DNA of 63,047 nt, counting the filler, from Reclinomonas americana ATCC 50394 (Eukaryota), in NCBI GenBank assembly GCA_048213135.1. It is 7 parts of 6 records of this genome, joined end to end, with 100 filler letters (N's around TTAATTAATTAA, not from the genome) between each part and the next. Parts side by side here need not be neighbours in the genome. Positions count along the whole stretch, not along the records: positions 34,858 to 42,520 come from PS015777.1; positions 42,621 to 48,789 come from PS015778.1; positions 48,890 to 59,182 come from PS015778.1; 4 more parts are not named here. One strand, written 5' to 3'. Numbering within the stretch: position 1 is the stretch's first letter; each line of letters begins with the position of its first letter. This document shows positions 37,457 to 54,303 of the stretch, piece after piece. Made by a program: the position numbers and the translations under genes. Below the pieces are notes generated by a model. That model saw only the letters and a program-made list of their open reading frames with translations. It did not search any database and was not told the DNA's origin.

Positions 37457-38757
37457 ATGGGCGAGGAGAAGAAGCAAGACAAGCCGAGCAGTTACGCACA
37501 TGCAAAGAGAAGAAATGAGAAAGTTGCATGTGTGTCTCACTCACTCTCTTACACAGCTGGTGCACCGGCTGCATGGAAGAACTTTGTCGCTGGTGGTGTT
37601 GGCGGTGAGCACTCACACATACTCTCACTCTCTCACACGCACACATGCGCGTTGCAACTCACAACCTTGTTGCTCAGGCACGTTTTTGGTGTTTGTCGGG
37701 CACCCACTGGACACAGGTTTGCATTCCCACTCACACACGCACTCATCACTTGCATGTGTCTCACTCGTGCGCGCGTATAGTCAAGGTCCGCCTGCAGACA
37801 ATGACCGCCACTGCTGGTGCCCCGCAGTTCACGGGCGCACTCGACTGCTTCCAGCAGACACTGAGGAAGGAGGGCGTTGCGTGCCACTCTCGCCTCTCTA
37901 CTCTTGCCTCTCTTGCCTCTCTCACTGTCGCCAAACGCATAGTTCCGCGGGTTGTACAAGGGCGTCGGGTCGCCACTCATGGGCATCTCTTTCCTCTACT
38001 CGATCTGCTTCTACTCGTACGGTTTCGGCAAGAGCCTCTTTGCCGACAAGAACGACCCCGGCAAACCGCTCTCCATTCCCGCCATTATGGGCGCCGGTTG
38101 CGTCGCCGGCTTTGCCACCACAGTCACGTCCCTGTTCCCCCCTCCTCCGCTCATGGCTGCATGCTGACTGGTGAACGAGCAGATTGTGACGGTGCCGATT
38201 GAGCTGGTCAAGGCACGCCTGCAGATCCAGTACGCCACCGGCTCGGCCGAGTACAAGGGCGTCGTGGACTGCGCTGTCAAGGTGTATCAACGCAATGGAA
38301 TTGCCGGTCTCTATCGTGGTGTGATGGTGACGCTGCTGCGCGACGTGCCCGGCACGGCCGCGTACTTTGCCGGCTACGAAGTGGTGCGACGAGCGCTGGT
38401 CAAGGACGGTCAGAGCCTCGATTCTGTCAGCAAGTGGGGACTGCTCTTTGCCGGTGGCATGGCCGGTGCGTTTCTTGTTGTGCGGGAAAACACCACTGCG
38501 TCTGACTTGTGTGAACAGGCTGGGCCAACTGGCTGGCGATCTTCCCTATCGACGTCGTCAAGTCGCGCCTGCAGACGCAGCCAGACACACAACCACCGCG
38601 CTACACGGGTACTCTGGACTGCTTCCGCAAGATCTACCGCGCCGAGGGCATGCGCGGCCTCTTTGCCGGCCTCACCCCGACCATGGTGCGCAGCTTCCCG
38701 GCCAACGCCGCCTGCTTCTTCGGTTACGAGCTGGCCATGGATCTGTTGGGTCGCTAA
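37457..38757 (+). CDS. Mitochondrial carrier family protein (carnitine/acylcarnitine- or ornithine-carrier-like), 7 exons
   Basis: Three signature repeats PLDTVKVRLQ, PIELVKARLQ and PIDVVKSRLQ; RDVPG; RSFPANAACF. Confidence 0.93.
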
Positions 38758-38869
38758 GTCACTGGAGAGGGAGTCTGAGAAAGAAACGCAAACGCCACCA
38801 GACTCTCCGTCGCCGAAGTGAAACGTCGCAGGACGATTTGCAATTACGTTTTTTGTGCAAGTAAGAGAC

Positions 38870-39436
38870 ATGGGCTCCGCCGGATCAAACGAGGTCACCT
38901 CCAGCCCCGACGAGAACGTCAGTTGCGTTATACGCCCGCTTTTCCCGGTGCTTTTTCCACCTCGCGTGTCGCTTGTGTGCGTTCTCGCGCAGTCATGAGA
39001 AATTTCTCGCACTCACCTCTCGCACTGTCGTTCTCACTGCGTCTCTGTCAGTCACTCTCTCTCACTCGCTGTGTTAGTCAGTCACTCTTGCCATGACACT
39101 GTCCTTCTCGCTCACTCTCTGTGTGCACAGCCAGCAGCTCCGACGTGACACAGACGCTGACACAGAACGGCCTGCAGACCACCGGCAGTGCCAGTGTGTG
39201 CGTAACACCTCCCCTCACTCACTCTCTGCGTGTTTGAGAAGTGAGACTGATGCTTTGTTGTTGTTAGCGATGTCAATGGACACTCCAAGTCAGTCGACAT
39301 CAACGGTGATGACTAGAGAGAGACATATGTCGTGCTTGGCCTGTGCCCTCACGTGCATCGTCATCTTCATGCAGATCTGGAGCCCATGAGCGAGTTCAAC
39401 CCGCTCTCCTTTGGCAGCAACAGCGGCAGCATGTAA
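38870..39436 (+). CDS. Possible small S/T-rich spliced hypothetical protein
   Basis: ATG exon MGSAGSNEVTSSPDENV ends at GTTGCGT; later coding-like segments are bounded by AG/GT; internal phases are ambiguous. Confidence 0.3.
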
Positions 39437-39571
39437 AAAACGCACACACACTCGCCCACACACACAATGAACATGATGATGATCATGATAGCGACAACCA
39501 TTTCACTGGCCATGCGCTATAAAGGGGGAAGGGACACGCGTAGTCACTCTTGCAAAAAAGCGCGGTCGATC

Positions 39572-39830
39572 TTACATGTGGTGCAGGGCAGCAGTCTCGG
39601 CAGCCTGGCCGTCCTTGAAGCCGGCAGCGTACTCCGGGTTGGGCATCGGGAACATCCAGCAGCCAGTGCGCGGCTGAATGCCAGCCTGCATCACAAGAAG
39701 TGAGTCACATGAGAGGGAAAAAGTTGTCTTTTTTTTTTGCAAGTTTTTGTTTTGTGCGTACCTCCCAGCCAGCAGCGTACTGCGCAGTGGCGCCAGATGG
39801 CACGGGGACGTCGACGAATTGGTGCTCCAT
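39572..39830 (-). CDS. Small (~60 aa) two-exon protein with a duplicated YAAG motif
   Basis: MEHQFVDVPVPSGATAQYAAGWE|AGIQPRTGCWMFPMPNPEYAAGFKDGQAAETAALHHM*, intron GTACGC...CAG. Confidence 0.45.
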
Positions 39831-40491
39831 GGTAGTAAGAAGGGATCTGTGTGACCCAAAAGTAAGACACACATTCTTTTTTGTTTTCTCGTCTGTGCGT
39901 GCGTTTGACAATGCATGTCACACAATCAACGCAAAGAGAGAGAGCGACATGCAGTGCATTGCAAGTGAAAGAGGGGGCGGGCGAGACAAGATTATGCGTA
40001 ATGTCACACATGACGCGCGGGAAAACCACACACACAAAACAAAAAAACAGCATCACGATGCACGTGTCACGAGGGAGGCGGCAACAAGGATAGCACAGAG
40101 GAGACGAGAGCGAGCGAGATGACACTGATGACGCAACAACGGCGTAGCTTGGTGCGAAAACGCGGATAACTACGTTGGTCGGGTGGACGGTGGACGGTGG
40201 AAAAAAAACACGCGCGCACACTTTCACGACGCACACGCACTCACCAAAAGATGGCCACTGCGGCAGCAGCAGCGGCCGTCGCGCGCTCGACTGGTCTGAG
40301 CTCGTCGACTCTGTTCCATCAGCAGCAGCGGACCATGTTTCATCACAAAGTTTAGTGTTTGTGTATTGGCACTTTTCTCGTTTGCGACTTTTATGGGGGA
40401 AACACACACACGCGACAGACACGCACACAGAGTCATGCTCTTCTCTGTTGCGCGTGTGTGCGTGCTCATTCGCTTTGTTTGTGCGCAGTCC

Positions 40492-41683
40492 ATGCCAGAG
40501 GCGCTCATGTACTCGTACGATGACGACGATGACGATGACGATGCAGTGCTCTCACCCACAGTGCGTTCTTTTCCTGTGTTCGTGGTGGGGGTGTGTGTCG
40601 ACCTTTTTTATTGTGTGTTATTCGTGTGTGGAGGTGTCTCACGAATCTCCCCGCGGGCCCCCATGCAACGTCTTCTTTCGCACTCCGCTCTCTCGCGTCG
40701 CCGATCATGCATTAATGCTGTGTGTTTTTATGTTTTTCTCTGTTGCATGGCTGTTTCTGTGTGTGCATTGCACTTGCGCGTGGCGGTGTTGTCGCTCTGT
40801 GCTGTGTGCGAGAAGGGGCGAAAGTAGGGGAGCTCGACGAACAACGCGCAACATGGCGCGCCATCTTGCGTGTTTTGTTCCTTCTCTCTCTCTCTCTCTC
40901 CTGCCTCTGTGCTCCCTTCTCTCTTGCTTGTCTCCTTGTCTTGTGCTACTCTCTCCCCTCTGCGCACCCGCAGATCCTTTGTGGAACATTCTGTCCGCAG
41001 CTCTTTGTGTGTGTGCTCACTTTTTTGTTTGTTTGTTTTTTGCAGGGATGCCTGTCGCCGACTCTCCATCTGTACGCCGCGTCCGGTGCGTGGCTCATAA
41101 CCGCAGAGAACAACACGCACACACACAGGGAGAGAGAGAGAAGAGATGCACAGATCCCGCTGCCTACCTGCGCAAGATAGACATGGCCACCGTGTTCAAG
41201 TTCACGGGGGGAAAAGAGAGAGAGAATCATCTTCTGTTCTTTTGCGTGTCCCTGCGCGCTGCGGTATGTGCGCGGCAGCCCCCCGTCTCTCCCTGTCCAA
41301 GGCGTTTGTGCATGACCCCCGACATACACCCGGAGTCGTTTACCGAATGCGGCGATGATCGGACTCGCTAATTTTGGGATTTTGTTTCCGTGTGCAGACG
41401 TCGACGTGTATGATCCACTCGGCCTGCCTGCCGATCCGGTGATGCCGACCACCGCCATGTGGGACGATGTCGCCTCGTCTACAATTTCCTCGTTGCGTCA
41501 CGACGTATTTTTTTAATTGATGCCTGTATCTCCAATCAACTTACCCTTGGCTTCAGGCGTCACACGACGAGCAACACGCTGTCGTCGGCCAGTGATGCAT
41601 GCTTCTCCGACTTGCTCGTTGGCGCCGATGGCGACGACGACAGCTCGGGAGTCGATCTGGGCTGGGATTCTCTGCCACCACCG
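40492..41683 (+). CDS. Hypothetical multi-exon protein fragment running into a gap
   Basis: Coding-like islands between intron-like tracts (MPEALMYSYDDDD; DVYDPLGLPADPVMP; SDLLVGADGDDDSSG); no family recognised. Confidence 0.3.
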
Positions 41684-42104
41684 NNNNNNNNNNNNNNNNN
41701 NNNNNNNNNNNNNNNNNNNNNNNNNNNNNNNNNNNNNNNNNNNNNNNNNNNNNNNNNNNNNNNNNNNNNNNNNNNNNNNNNNNNNNNNNNNNNNNNNNNN
41801 NNNNNNNNNNNNNNNNNNNNNNNNNNNNNNNNNNNNNNNNNNNNNNNNNNNNNNNNNNNNNNNNNNNNNNNNNNNNNNNNNNNNNNNNNNNNNNNNNNNN
41901 NNNNNNNNNNNNNNNNNNNNNNNNNNNNNNNNNNNNNNNNNNNNNNNNNNNNNNNNNNNNNNNNNNNNNNNNNNNNNNNNNNNNNNNNNNNNNNNNNNNN
42001 NNNNNNNNNNNNNNNNNNNNNNNNNNNNNNNNNNNNNNNNNNNNNNNNNNNNNNNNNNNNNNNNNNNNNNNNNNNNNNNNNNNNNNNNNNNNNNNNNNNN
42101 NNNN

Positions 42105-42520
42105 GACTGCTGCAGCAGGTGCGGCGCGAAAAAGAGCTGCGGCTGCTGTGCCAGTCCACCAAACACCGTCGACAGCTGCATCGACAGCGGTGTGACCAGC
42201 GCCTGCTGCGGCGACAACACAAACATGCCACCCTCCACTCCCGTCATCGGCATGTGCGACATGAGCAGCGACGACACAGTCGACGCAGGGGCCGACAGAG
42301 TCATCATCGGCGCCGGTGGCGGCGGTGGCGGCGGCAGCACATACTGCGCCTCCATGGCGGCCGTCATCGGCAGCGGATCGGACTTGATCGCCGGCGACGG
42401 GCACTGATTGTTGCGCATCGAAAGCAGCGGCGAGCTGGTCTTCATCACATTGCTGCGCCCGTTCTCCACAATCCACGGTGGCGGCGCCGCCTTTTGCACT
42501 GGCGCAGGCGGCGGCGGCGG
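42105..42520 (-). CDS. Low-complexity P/Q/M-rich coding fragment
   Basis: Open frame between a gap and a spacer (QYVLPPPPPPPAPMM...QQPQLFFAPHLLQQ). Confidence 0.35.
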
Positions 42521-42620
42521 NNNNNNNNNNNNNNNNNNNNNNNNNNNNNNNNNNNNNNNNNNNNTTAATTAATTAANNNNNNNNNNNNNNNNNNNNNNNN
42601 NNNNNNNNNNNNNNNNNNNN
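42521..42620. other. Artificial scaffold spacer
   Basis: N44-TTAATTAATTAA-N44. Confidence 0.97.
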
Positions 42621-43072
42621 CTGTTGTCTGGAATCTCATGTTTTCTCTCTCTCGCGTCAAACAGTGGATCCAATTCAAGAAGCTCGCGCACGTCGATCAA
42701 CGTACGCGCTTCCACGCACGTGAGGGTGGCCCCACCGACTGGGACGACGTGCTCATCTAATCTCCACCCTGTACTTGTGTCACTTGCATACTCTTGTTTT
42801 GTCTCCTGCTAATCCTCTCTGTTTCGCTTCCGGGTTCTATCTTCTTCTTCCTCCAAGGAATGGCCATTCACACGCACACGTGTGCGAACCGTGTGTGACT
42901 CCCTGTGCCTTTCTTTCTTCCCCCCACGCTCCTCATCACAACCCTGCTCTGACGCCGCCGCAGCTGCCGCTGCCGTTGTCGTCTCTGCTCATCTATAATT
43001 ACAATGCAATGAAAAAAAGGAAGGAAAAAACACAACCATCGCCCGCGAGAGATTTTAACAACTACAACAGCG

Positions 43073-47464
<4,392 letters not shown>

Positions 47465-48021
47465 TCTTGAAAAAGACGCAATCAGCCTTCTCTCTCACTG
47501 CGAGTCGCAAGAACGAGGGCAAACGGCCGTGTCCTGCATGCAAAACCGGGATCTAATCGAGTGGTAATCGTGCGGCCACAGACACAGCGCGCAGGTTCAA
47601 GAATGCAAACATGTGTACATGGGTGCACCTCTGCGTCTGCACAATGAGGCGCGTTGGTTGCGATGCAGGATGACAACTTCGCGGACATGTCCAAAAGCAA
47701 AACACTAGTACACGTGCACTTCATTCACCACAACCATGGCCTTGGCACACCAACAATATACAACACATAATTACTTCTCCAACAGCCATCTTCCCTTTCA
47801 GGAGGCAAAGCCAATCAAACGCGTGTTGGCCTCGAGCTCGAAAGGAATTCGAATTCGCGATCGTGGCCATGGCGCAAATGGTGTCACTTCATTCACCACA
47901 TTGTGCATGACGCTCAACCCGGCTCGTGATATTGCAGCCCGTGCATTCAGTTCGCACCCCACCGTTTCATCATGTGCACCACGCGGAGACAGCCGCAACG
48001 TCGAAGGACACAATCGTCCAA

Positions 48022-48641
48022 ATGAACGCCGCCGTGCGCCGAGTGCTCTTCCTCTCGCGACGCAATGTCGCCTTCTTCTCTGACTCAGCAGCAACCGCAC
48101 CTCCTCCGCCAAAGCGCGCCGATCTGCCTCGAGTTGCACAACTGATGCACACTGTCACTGCCTCACTCTCTCTCACACATTGCCCGCGCAGGTGGCTGCT
48201 CGGCAACCTGTGGAGATGCACTTGGAGAGCGGCAAAACCTTCTCGTGGTGTGCATGCGGACTGAGCAAGAAGAACGTTGCGTGTGCATGTCAGTGTGCGC
48301 GTGATTTTGGGGAAGTCAACTCAATCGCTCTCTTCTTGTGCAGCCTCAATGCGGTCTGTCTATGTTGGACACACAGAGAAAGAGAGCAGTGCATCACTCG
48401 CTCGCTCACTCACTCACTCGGATGCACACAGATGGATCGCACAAAGGCACTGGATTCAAGCCGGTGCGCATCACACCGGGACCCGAATCGTTTCGTCTTT
48501 GCCCACCTCCTCCTCCTCCTCATGTCTTCCTCGCACTCAAAAATTGTGCACCACAGAGGCATTCCAGAGGATGTGTGGCTCTGCAACTGCAAGCGCACCA
48601 AGACGCCGCCGTTCTGCGACGGCTCGCACAATCAACTGTGA
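48022..48641 (+). CDS. CISD3: CDGSH iron-sulfur protein with two domains (CISD3/MiNT-like), presequence-like N-terminus
   Basis: Spliced [24 protein letters not shown] and VWLCNCKRTKTPPFCDGSH. Confidence 0.92.
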
Positions 48642-48789
48642 GGCGCATGAAATGTGACGCGAGTTGTCTTGTATACCATCATCATTAGGTGCACGTAGGG
48701 ATAGGCAAAACACGGATATGTGAGAAACAACAACAACAACAACAACAACAGAGGGGAAGGAGATGTAGTCTAGGAGAGAGTGTTTTCTA

Positions 48790-48889
48790 NNNNNNNNNNN
48801 NNNNNNNNNNNNNNNNNNNNNNNNNNNNNNNNNTTAATTAATTAANNNNNNNNNNNNNNNNNNNNNNNNNNNNNNNNNNNNNNNNNNNN
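48790..48889. other. Artificial scaffold spacer
   Basis: N44-TTAATTAATTAA-N44. Confidence 0.97.
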
Positions 48890-49099
48890 GGCGGTGGTGG
48901 TGGTGGTCGTGGCGGTGGCCGTGGCGGTGGTGGTAGCGGAAGCGCCAGCGCTCGTGGCCCTGCTGCTGCTGCTGGCTTTGGCGGAAGTGCCAGCGCTCGC
49001 GACGGATACGGTGCGCCAGCGGGCGGCCGTGGCGGTGGCGGTGGACGTGGTGGTGGCCGCGGCGGCGGACGTGGTGGCGGTCGACGGTCCGACTTTTGA
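48890..49099 (+). CDS. RGG-rich C-terminal fragment, probably the inverted tail of the adjacent DEAD-box helicase
   Basis: GGGGGGRGGGRGGGGSG...GGRGGGRGGGRGGGRRSDF*; the helicase on the minus strand runs into the gap as ...RADGGGSGG. Confidence 0.6.
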   Translation, partial: GGGGGGRGGGRGGGGSGSASARGPAAAAGFGGSASARDGYGAPAGGRGGGGGRGGGRGGGRGGGRRSDF

Positions 49100-49455
49100 G
49101 ACGGCTGTCATTAGAGCGANNNNNNNNNNNNNNNNNNNNNNNNNNNNNNNNNNNNNNNNNNNNNNNNNNNNNNNNNNNNNNNNNNNNNNNNNNNNNNNNN
49201 NNNNNNNNNNNNNNNNNNNNNNNNNNNNNNNNNNNNNNNNNNNNNNNNNNNNNNNNNNNNNNNNNNNNNNNNNNNNNNNNNNNNNNNNNNNNNNNNNNNN
49301 NNNNNNNNNNNNNNNNNNNNNNNNNNNNNNNNNNNNNNNNNNNNNNNNNNNNNNNNNNNNNNNNNNNNNNNNNNNNNNNNNNNNNNNNNNNNNNNNNNNN
49401 NNNNNNNNNNNNNNNNNNNNNNNNNNNNNNNNNNNNNNNNNNNNNNNNNNNNNNN

Positions 49456-52101
49456 ACCGCCGCTACCACCACCGTCCGCTCGCTCCTTGACAACGTTCAA
49501 GCCGGGTGTGCCGCGCAGACCCATCTTGCCCACAGTCTTGGTGAGGATCTCGGGCGGTCCAGGCAAACCTGCACACGCATCGAAATGAGCAGAGGAACAG
49601 CGAGCAGCGAGCAGCGGAGCACCAACACACCATGGATCTCGGCAAAGTAGTTGGCCCACTGTATGAGTCGAGGAGGTGCGTGTGTGAGTGAGTGTGAGAG
49701 AGAATGATATTGCAACACAGAACTTCTCCCATCACGCAAACCTTGACGAGGTTCTCCTTGTCCCATCCGACACGGCGCAGGGCTCCATTGTAATAGCCCA
49801 ACCACGCCTGGTATGCACGCGAGGCGCTGTCGTTCAGCTCGGAACGGCTGTCGGCCACCTGGCGCAACACTCCGGCAATGCGGCTCCTGTGGGAAACAGT
49901 GAGCGACTCAGAACGCTCCTTTCTTTCTCTCCACACGCAACTGGAATCCAGCATCGCTGCCCGGCATTGGCGACTCGGTGAGCGGCAAGTCACGCACCTC
50001 GCGCAAGAACGAATCCTCGAAGGGCGCCAGCACCAGCACACCACGTCCCTCCTTGCCGGCACGAGCCGTGCGGCCGAGGCGATGAATGTACTGGGCGCGA
50101 TCCGACGGCAGACCCACCTGGATCACACACGACACGTCGGGGTAGTCCATGCCACGAGCGGAGACGTCGCTGGAGAACATGACCATGTTGGTGCCCTCGC
50201 GGAACGTCTGCGACGTCTGTTCCGACAAAGGAAGCAAGTCAACACAGGGCAGGATCTTACGTTTTTTTCGCAAAAGAAAACGAACCTTGGTGCGGTACGA
50301 CTGCGACTTGCGCGAGTGAATCTCGAGCACCGGCAGCTTCAGCTCGTTGAAGAGCGCCGCGTAGAACGCCGTGTGATTGGCGGTCGGGAAGAACACCATG
50401 ATCTTGTAGTCCGGCAGCTCCATCTCCTCCTGCACGAGGCAGTAGAGGGTCTCCAGCTGCGCCTCGAGCGGCACAATCATGAACTGCTGTTGCACTTGCA
50501 CATTGGTGTTGACATCGTCCTTGATCGTGTCGATCTTGACGTGGTTCGAGCGCAGCGCCTCGTGAGCCACCTGTCGCACCTCCTGCGGGATGGTGGCCGA
50601 GAAGAGCATTGTCTGGCGCTCCGCCGGCAAGAAGCTCAGGATCTTCTCAATCGACGGTCGGAAACCCTATGCCCACGCAAAAATGGTCAGCGCACTCGTT
50701 CAGGGGACAGAGGGAGCACCCAAGTGAACGTACCATCTCCAGCAGCTGATCTGCCTCGTCGAGAATGAGCACGGAAATGCCCTGCAGGCGATCGGCCACG
50801 TTGCGGGTGTTCTCCAAGTGGTCAATCAGACGGCCGGGAGTGGCCACGAGAATGTCGCAGCCCGAGTTGAGGTTGGTCACGTCGCGCGACATGTTGGTGC
50901 CGCCAAACACCACCTGCACCTTGTACGGGTGGAAACGCAACAGCATCTCCGCCTCCTTGGCAATCTGCTGCGCCAGCTCACGCGTCGGCGACAACACCAG
51001 AGTCTGCGACACAAAAACACACCGAGCCATTTCAGTCTTTTTGCACAAACAGGAGGGACGGGGGAACAAGGCATGTGCACCTGGATGGCGGCACGCACTC
51101 GCGGCGGACTGCGCATCATGGTCTCAATGGCCGGGATGAGGAAGCCCAGCGTCTTGCCAGTGCCCGTCTTGGCCTTGGCCAGCACATCGATACCTACGCA
51201 CCACAGTGAGCCACAACTCCCCCTGCTCATTCCCTCCAACACACTCACCGCGTGCAGCCGGCTCAATGGTCATGGCCTGCACATGCGTCATGAGCTCGTA
51301 GCCAAACACCTCGGCCACGGCACGACGCGACTTCTCCGAGATGATCTGCACACCATCCACAGTGAGTCGTCGCCAGCTACTCCTCCTCGCACACACGCAA
51401 GCACGGCTCACCGTGCAATCCGCAAAGCGATGCTCCGACAGCGCATTCGACGTGGTGCTCGACACGAAACGCGCAGGCGGTGCAGCCGCAGAGCCAGCCG
51501 CAGCCGAGGCCGGACGCGGCTGCTGCTGCTTTGCCGGTTGCTGCACTCCACTGCCCGAGGCAGCCGAGGCCGGTCGCGGCTGTCGTCCACCTCGCGCAGG
51601 CGGAGGAGCCTCGTCGACCTCCATGGAGGCGGCCGCAGTCACAGTCGGCTGCTGCGCCATGGGGCACTCGCGCTTGAAGTGATCCGTGGCGCCGCACACG
51701 TGGCATCCACCAGGTGCGCCACCAGCAGCACGACGACGACGCGCGCCTCCATTGGCAGCAGGGGCCGCAGCACCAGAGCCACTGGCGACTGTGAGGCATG
51801 CAATGAGTGACAACTCCACTGGTGCACAACTGCCGCACATAGTAGATACCTGAAGGCACCTCGTCCTCACCACCAGCCGCATCGTCGCCTGTGTGTATGT
51901 GCGACACACACAAAGAAAGAGTTTGCGTTTTTTGGCGCGCGCGTTTGTGTGCATGTGCATCAACACCAACAAACCTGCACCACCACGACTTCCGCCACGA
52001 CGCCTGCGTTTTCTTGGCTGCGGGCTGCTTGTCTCCAGACCTTCTCCGTGGCGCTTTTGCGGAAGACCGCCGTTGCGCGAGTGTGCCTCAGCTCGATCCA
52101 T
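49456..52101 (-). CDS. DEAD-box RNA helicase (Mss116/CYT-19-like) with an N-terminal CCHC zinc knuckle; 3' end in gap
   Basis: Q motif GYELMTHVQ, AKTGTGKT, PTRELA, TPGRL, DEAD, SAT, ARGMD, HRLGRTARAG, AYQAWLGYY; knuckle CHVCGATDHFKRECP. Confidence 0.93.
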
Positions 52102-52294
52102 TTGTGGGCGTGATGAATATGCAGTCTGCAGTCTCCCGCAAATTCCACCGTGTACGGTACGACGTCGGTTTTCACTCACGTGCACAACTTGTTTCTTGCA
52201 ACCGATACACATTACGACTCGAATTACTCGGATTACAGCCTTGACCGCCCGCCGCTTTCATTTTTAAACTGCACACAGCTGCTACTTGCACCTT

Positions 52295-53373
52295 TCATAG
52301 CTCCATCAATCCGATTCCGTAGTGCTTGCCCACTGCCCAGCGCTGCGAGCCGACCGCCCGTCGGCAATGCAACAGCGACGAGTACTCGACTCCGTAGATG
52401 CGGTCGTGGAAGCTGACGTCGGTGTGTGCTGACCAGCCGGATAGTGCGTGGCCGTGTGTCACCACGAGTACGGCACCCTTGCCGGCGTGCGCGCGGGCCA
52501 GTCGTTCCACGGCTTGTACGTAGCGCCGGTATGCGTCGTGCAGCTCTTCGGTGTGTTGCGGCCGTGGTTGCGAGTGGTCGAATTCGAGCACCACTCCCGC
52601 ACCACGGTCGGTGACCAATGTGTTGAGTTCGTCAGGCTCCGACAGCATGTAGTTTGCCGGGACCTTGGTGACGCGCTCGTTGAGCATCTCGCCGACTTGC
52701 GGATCAATGATAATCGAGCTTATGCCGAGCACCGTGGCCACAGCGGCGGCCGTCTCGGCGCACCGCAAAAACGGCGACGACACGATGCATGCGATGCGCG
52801 GCAATTCGGCCCCGTTGAACCACGGGGCGAGGTAGTCCCGCGCCACTTGCAGCGCCAACTCGTGGCCTCGCTCACTGAGCGGAGTATCCCACGGCCTGCT
52901 CCCGCAAAAACGCACTCGTGAGGTGTGAACAGAAAGTTCCGGGAAGAAACAGCGCGCGCACACCGAGCAGCTGAGCGCGTCCAATCTGCATCGACATCGT
53001 CCAGCCGCTCGCTGTGCCGCATCAGAATCACATGCTCCTGTGCCGGGGCGCCAGCAGTGACAGCCGCCACGGCGCCAGTGTGCGGCGGCAATGGCGGATG
53101 TGACGACACAACCGGTGCGAAACCCGGCGGTGGCGGTGGTGCATACGGTGACAAGGAAACAGAGCGAATGGGAACCGCGGGTGGCGGAGGCATTGCTGTG
53201 CCCGCCGACGCAGACGCCGACCTGTGGCGAGAGCGGCAGCGGACAACAGCGAGTCAGCAATCGAGCTCGAGAAAAGTGAGAAGAGATGTACTGGCGGACA
53301 ACATGCAAAAAACGGAACACGCACCGCTGCACAGCTACCGCCGGCAGTGCTGGCGATAGAGGTGGTCTTCCAT
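52295..53373 (-). CDS. Histidine phosphatase (phosphoglycerate mutase-like) with a Pro-rich N-terminus
   Basis: VILMRHSERLD...PWDTPLSERG, IVSSPFLRCAETA, LVVTHG. First exon uncertain. Confidence 0.85.
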
Positions 53374-54303
53374 ACAGATCCACTCTGTGACACACGCAGC
53401 GTGATGATGAATGATGATGATGAATGAATGAATGAAAGAATGATGAGCGGCCAAACCTGTCAAGCGCGGCTGCTGGTGGATGTGAGGGCAGAGAACTGAG
53501 TGTTTACACAAGCAGGTGAGACCCAGCACCACTCGCCACGCTCATGTGAGGTACATGCGCACGCACCTCCTCTCATCATCGGGCAACGATCCCGCCGCAC
53601 TCCCCGGCGAAGCTCGACTGCGCGCCACACACACACANNNNNNNNNNNNNNNNNNNNNNNNNNNNNNNNNNNNNNNNNNNNNNNNNNNNNNNNNNNNNNN
53701 NNNNNNNNNNNNNNNNNNNNNNNNNNNNNNNNNNNNNNNNNNNNNNNNNNNNNNNNNNNNNNNNNNNNNNNNNNNNNNNNNNNNNNNNNNNNNNNNNNNN
53801 NNNNNNNNNNNNNNNNNNNNNNNNNNNNNNNNNNNNNNNNNNNNNNNNNNNNNNNNNNNNNNNNNNNNNNNNNNNNNNNNNNNNNNNNNNNNNNNNNNNN
53901 NNNNNNNNNNNNNNNNNNNNNNNNNNNNNNNNNNNNNNNNNNNNNNNNNNNNNNNNNNNNNNNNNNNNNNNNNNNNNNNNNNNNNNNNNNNNNNNNNNNN
54001 NNNNNNNNNNNNNNNNNNNNNNNNNNNNNNNNNNNNNNNNNNNNNNNNNNNNNNNNNNNNNNNNNNNNNNNNNNNNNNNNNNNNNNNNNNNNNNNNNNNN
54101 NNNNNNNNNNNNNNNNNNNNNNNNNNNNNNNNNNNNNNNNNNNNNNNNNNNNNNNNNNNNNNNNNNNNNNNNNNNNNNNNNNNNNNNNNNNNNNNNNNNN
54201 NNNNNNNNNNNNNNNNNNNNNNNNNNNNNNNNNNNNNNNNNNNNNNNNNNNNNTGTCTCGCTCTTGCTTCTCCCCGCAAGAGCGATCACACACCCACTCA
54301 ATC

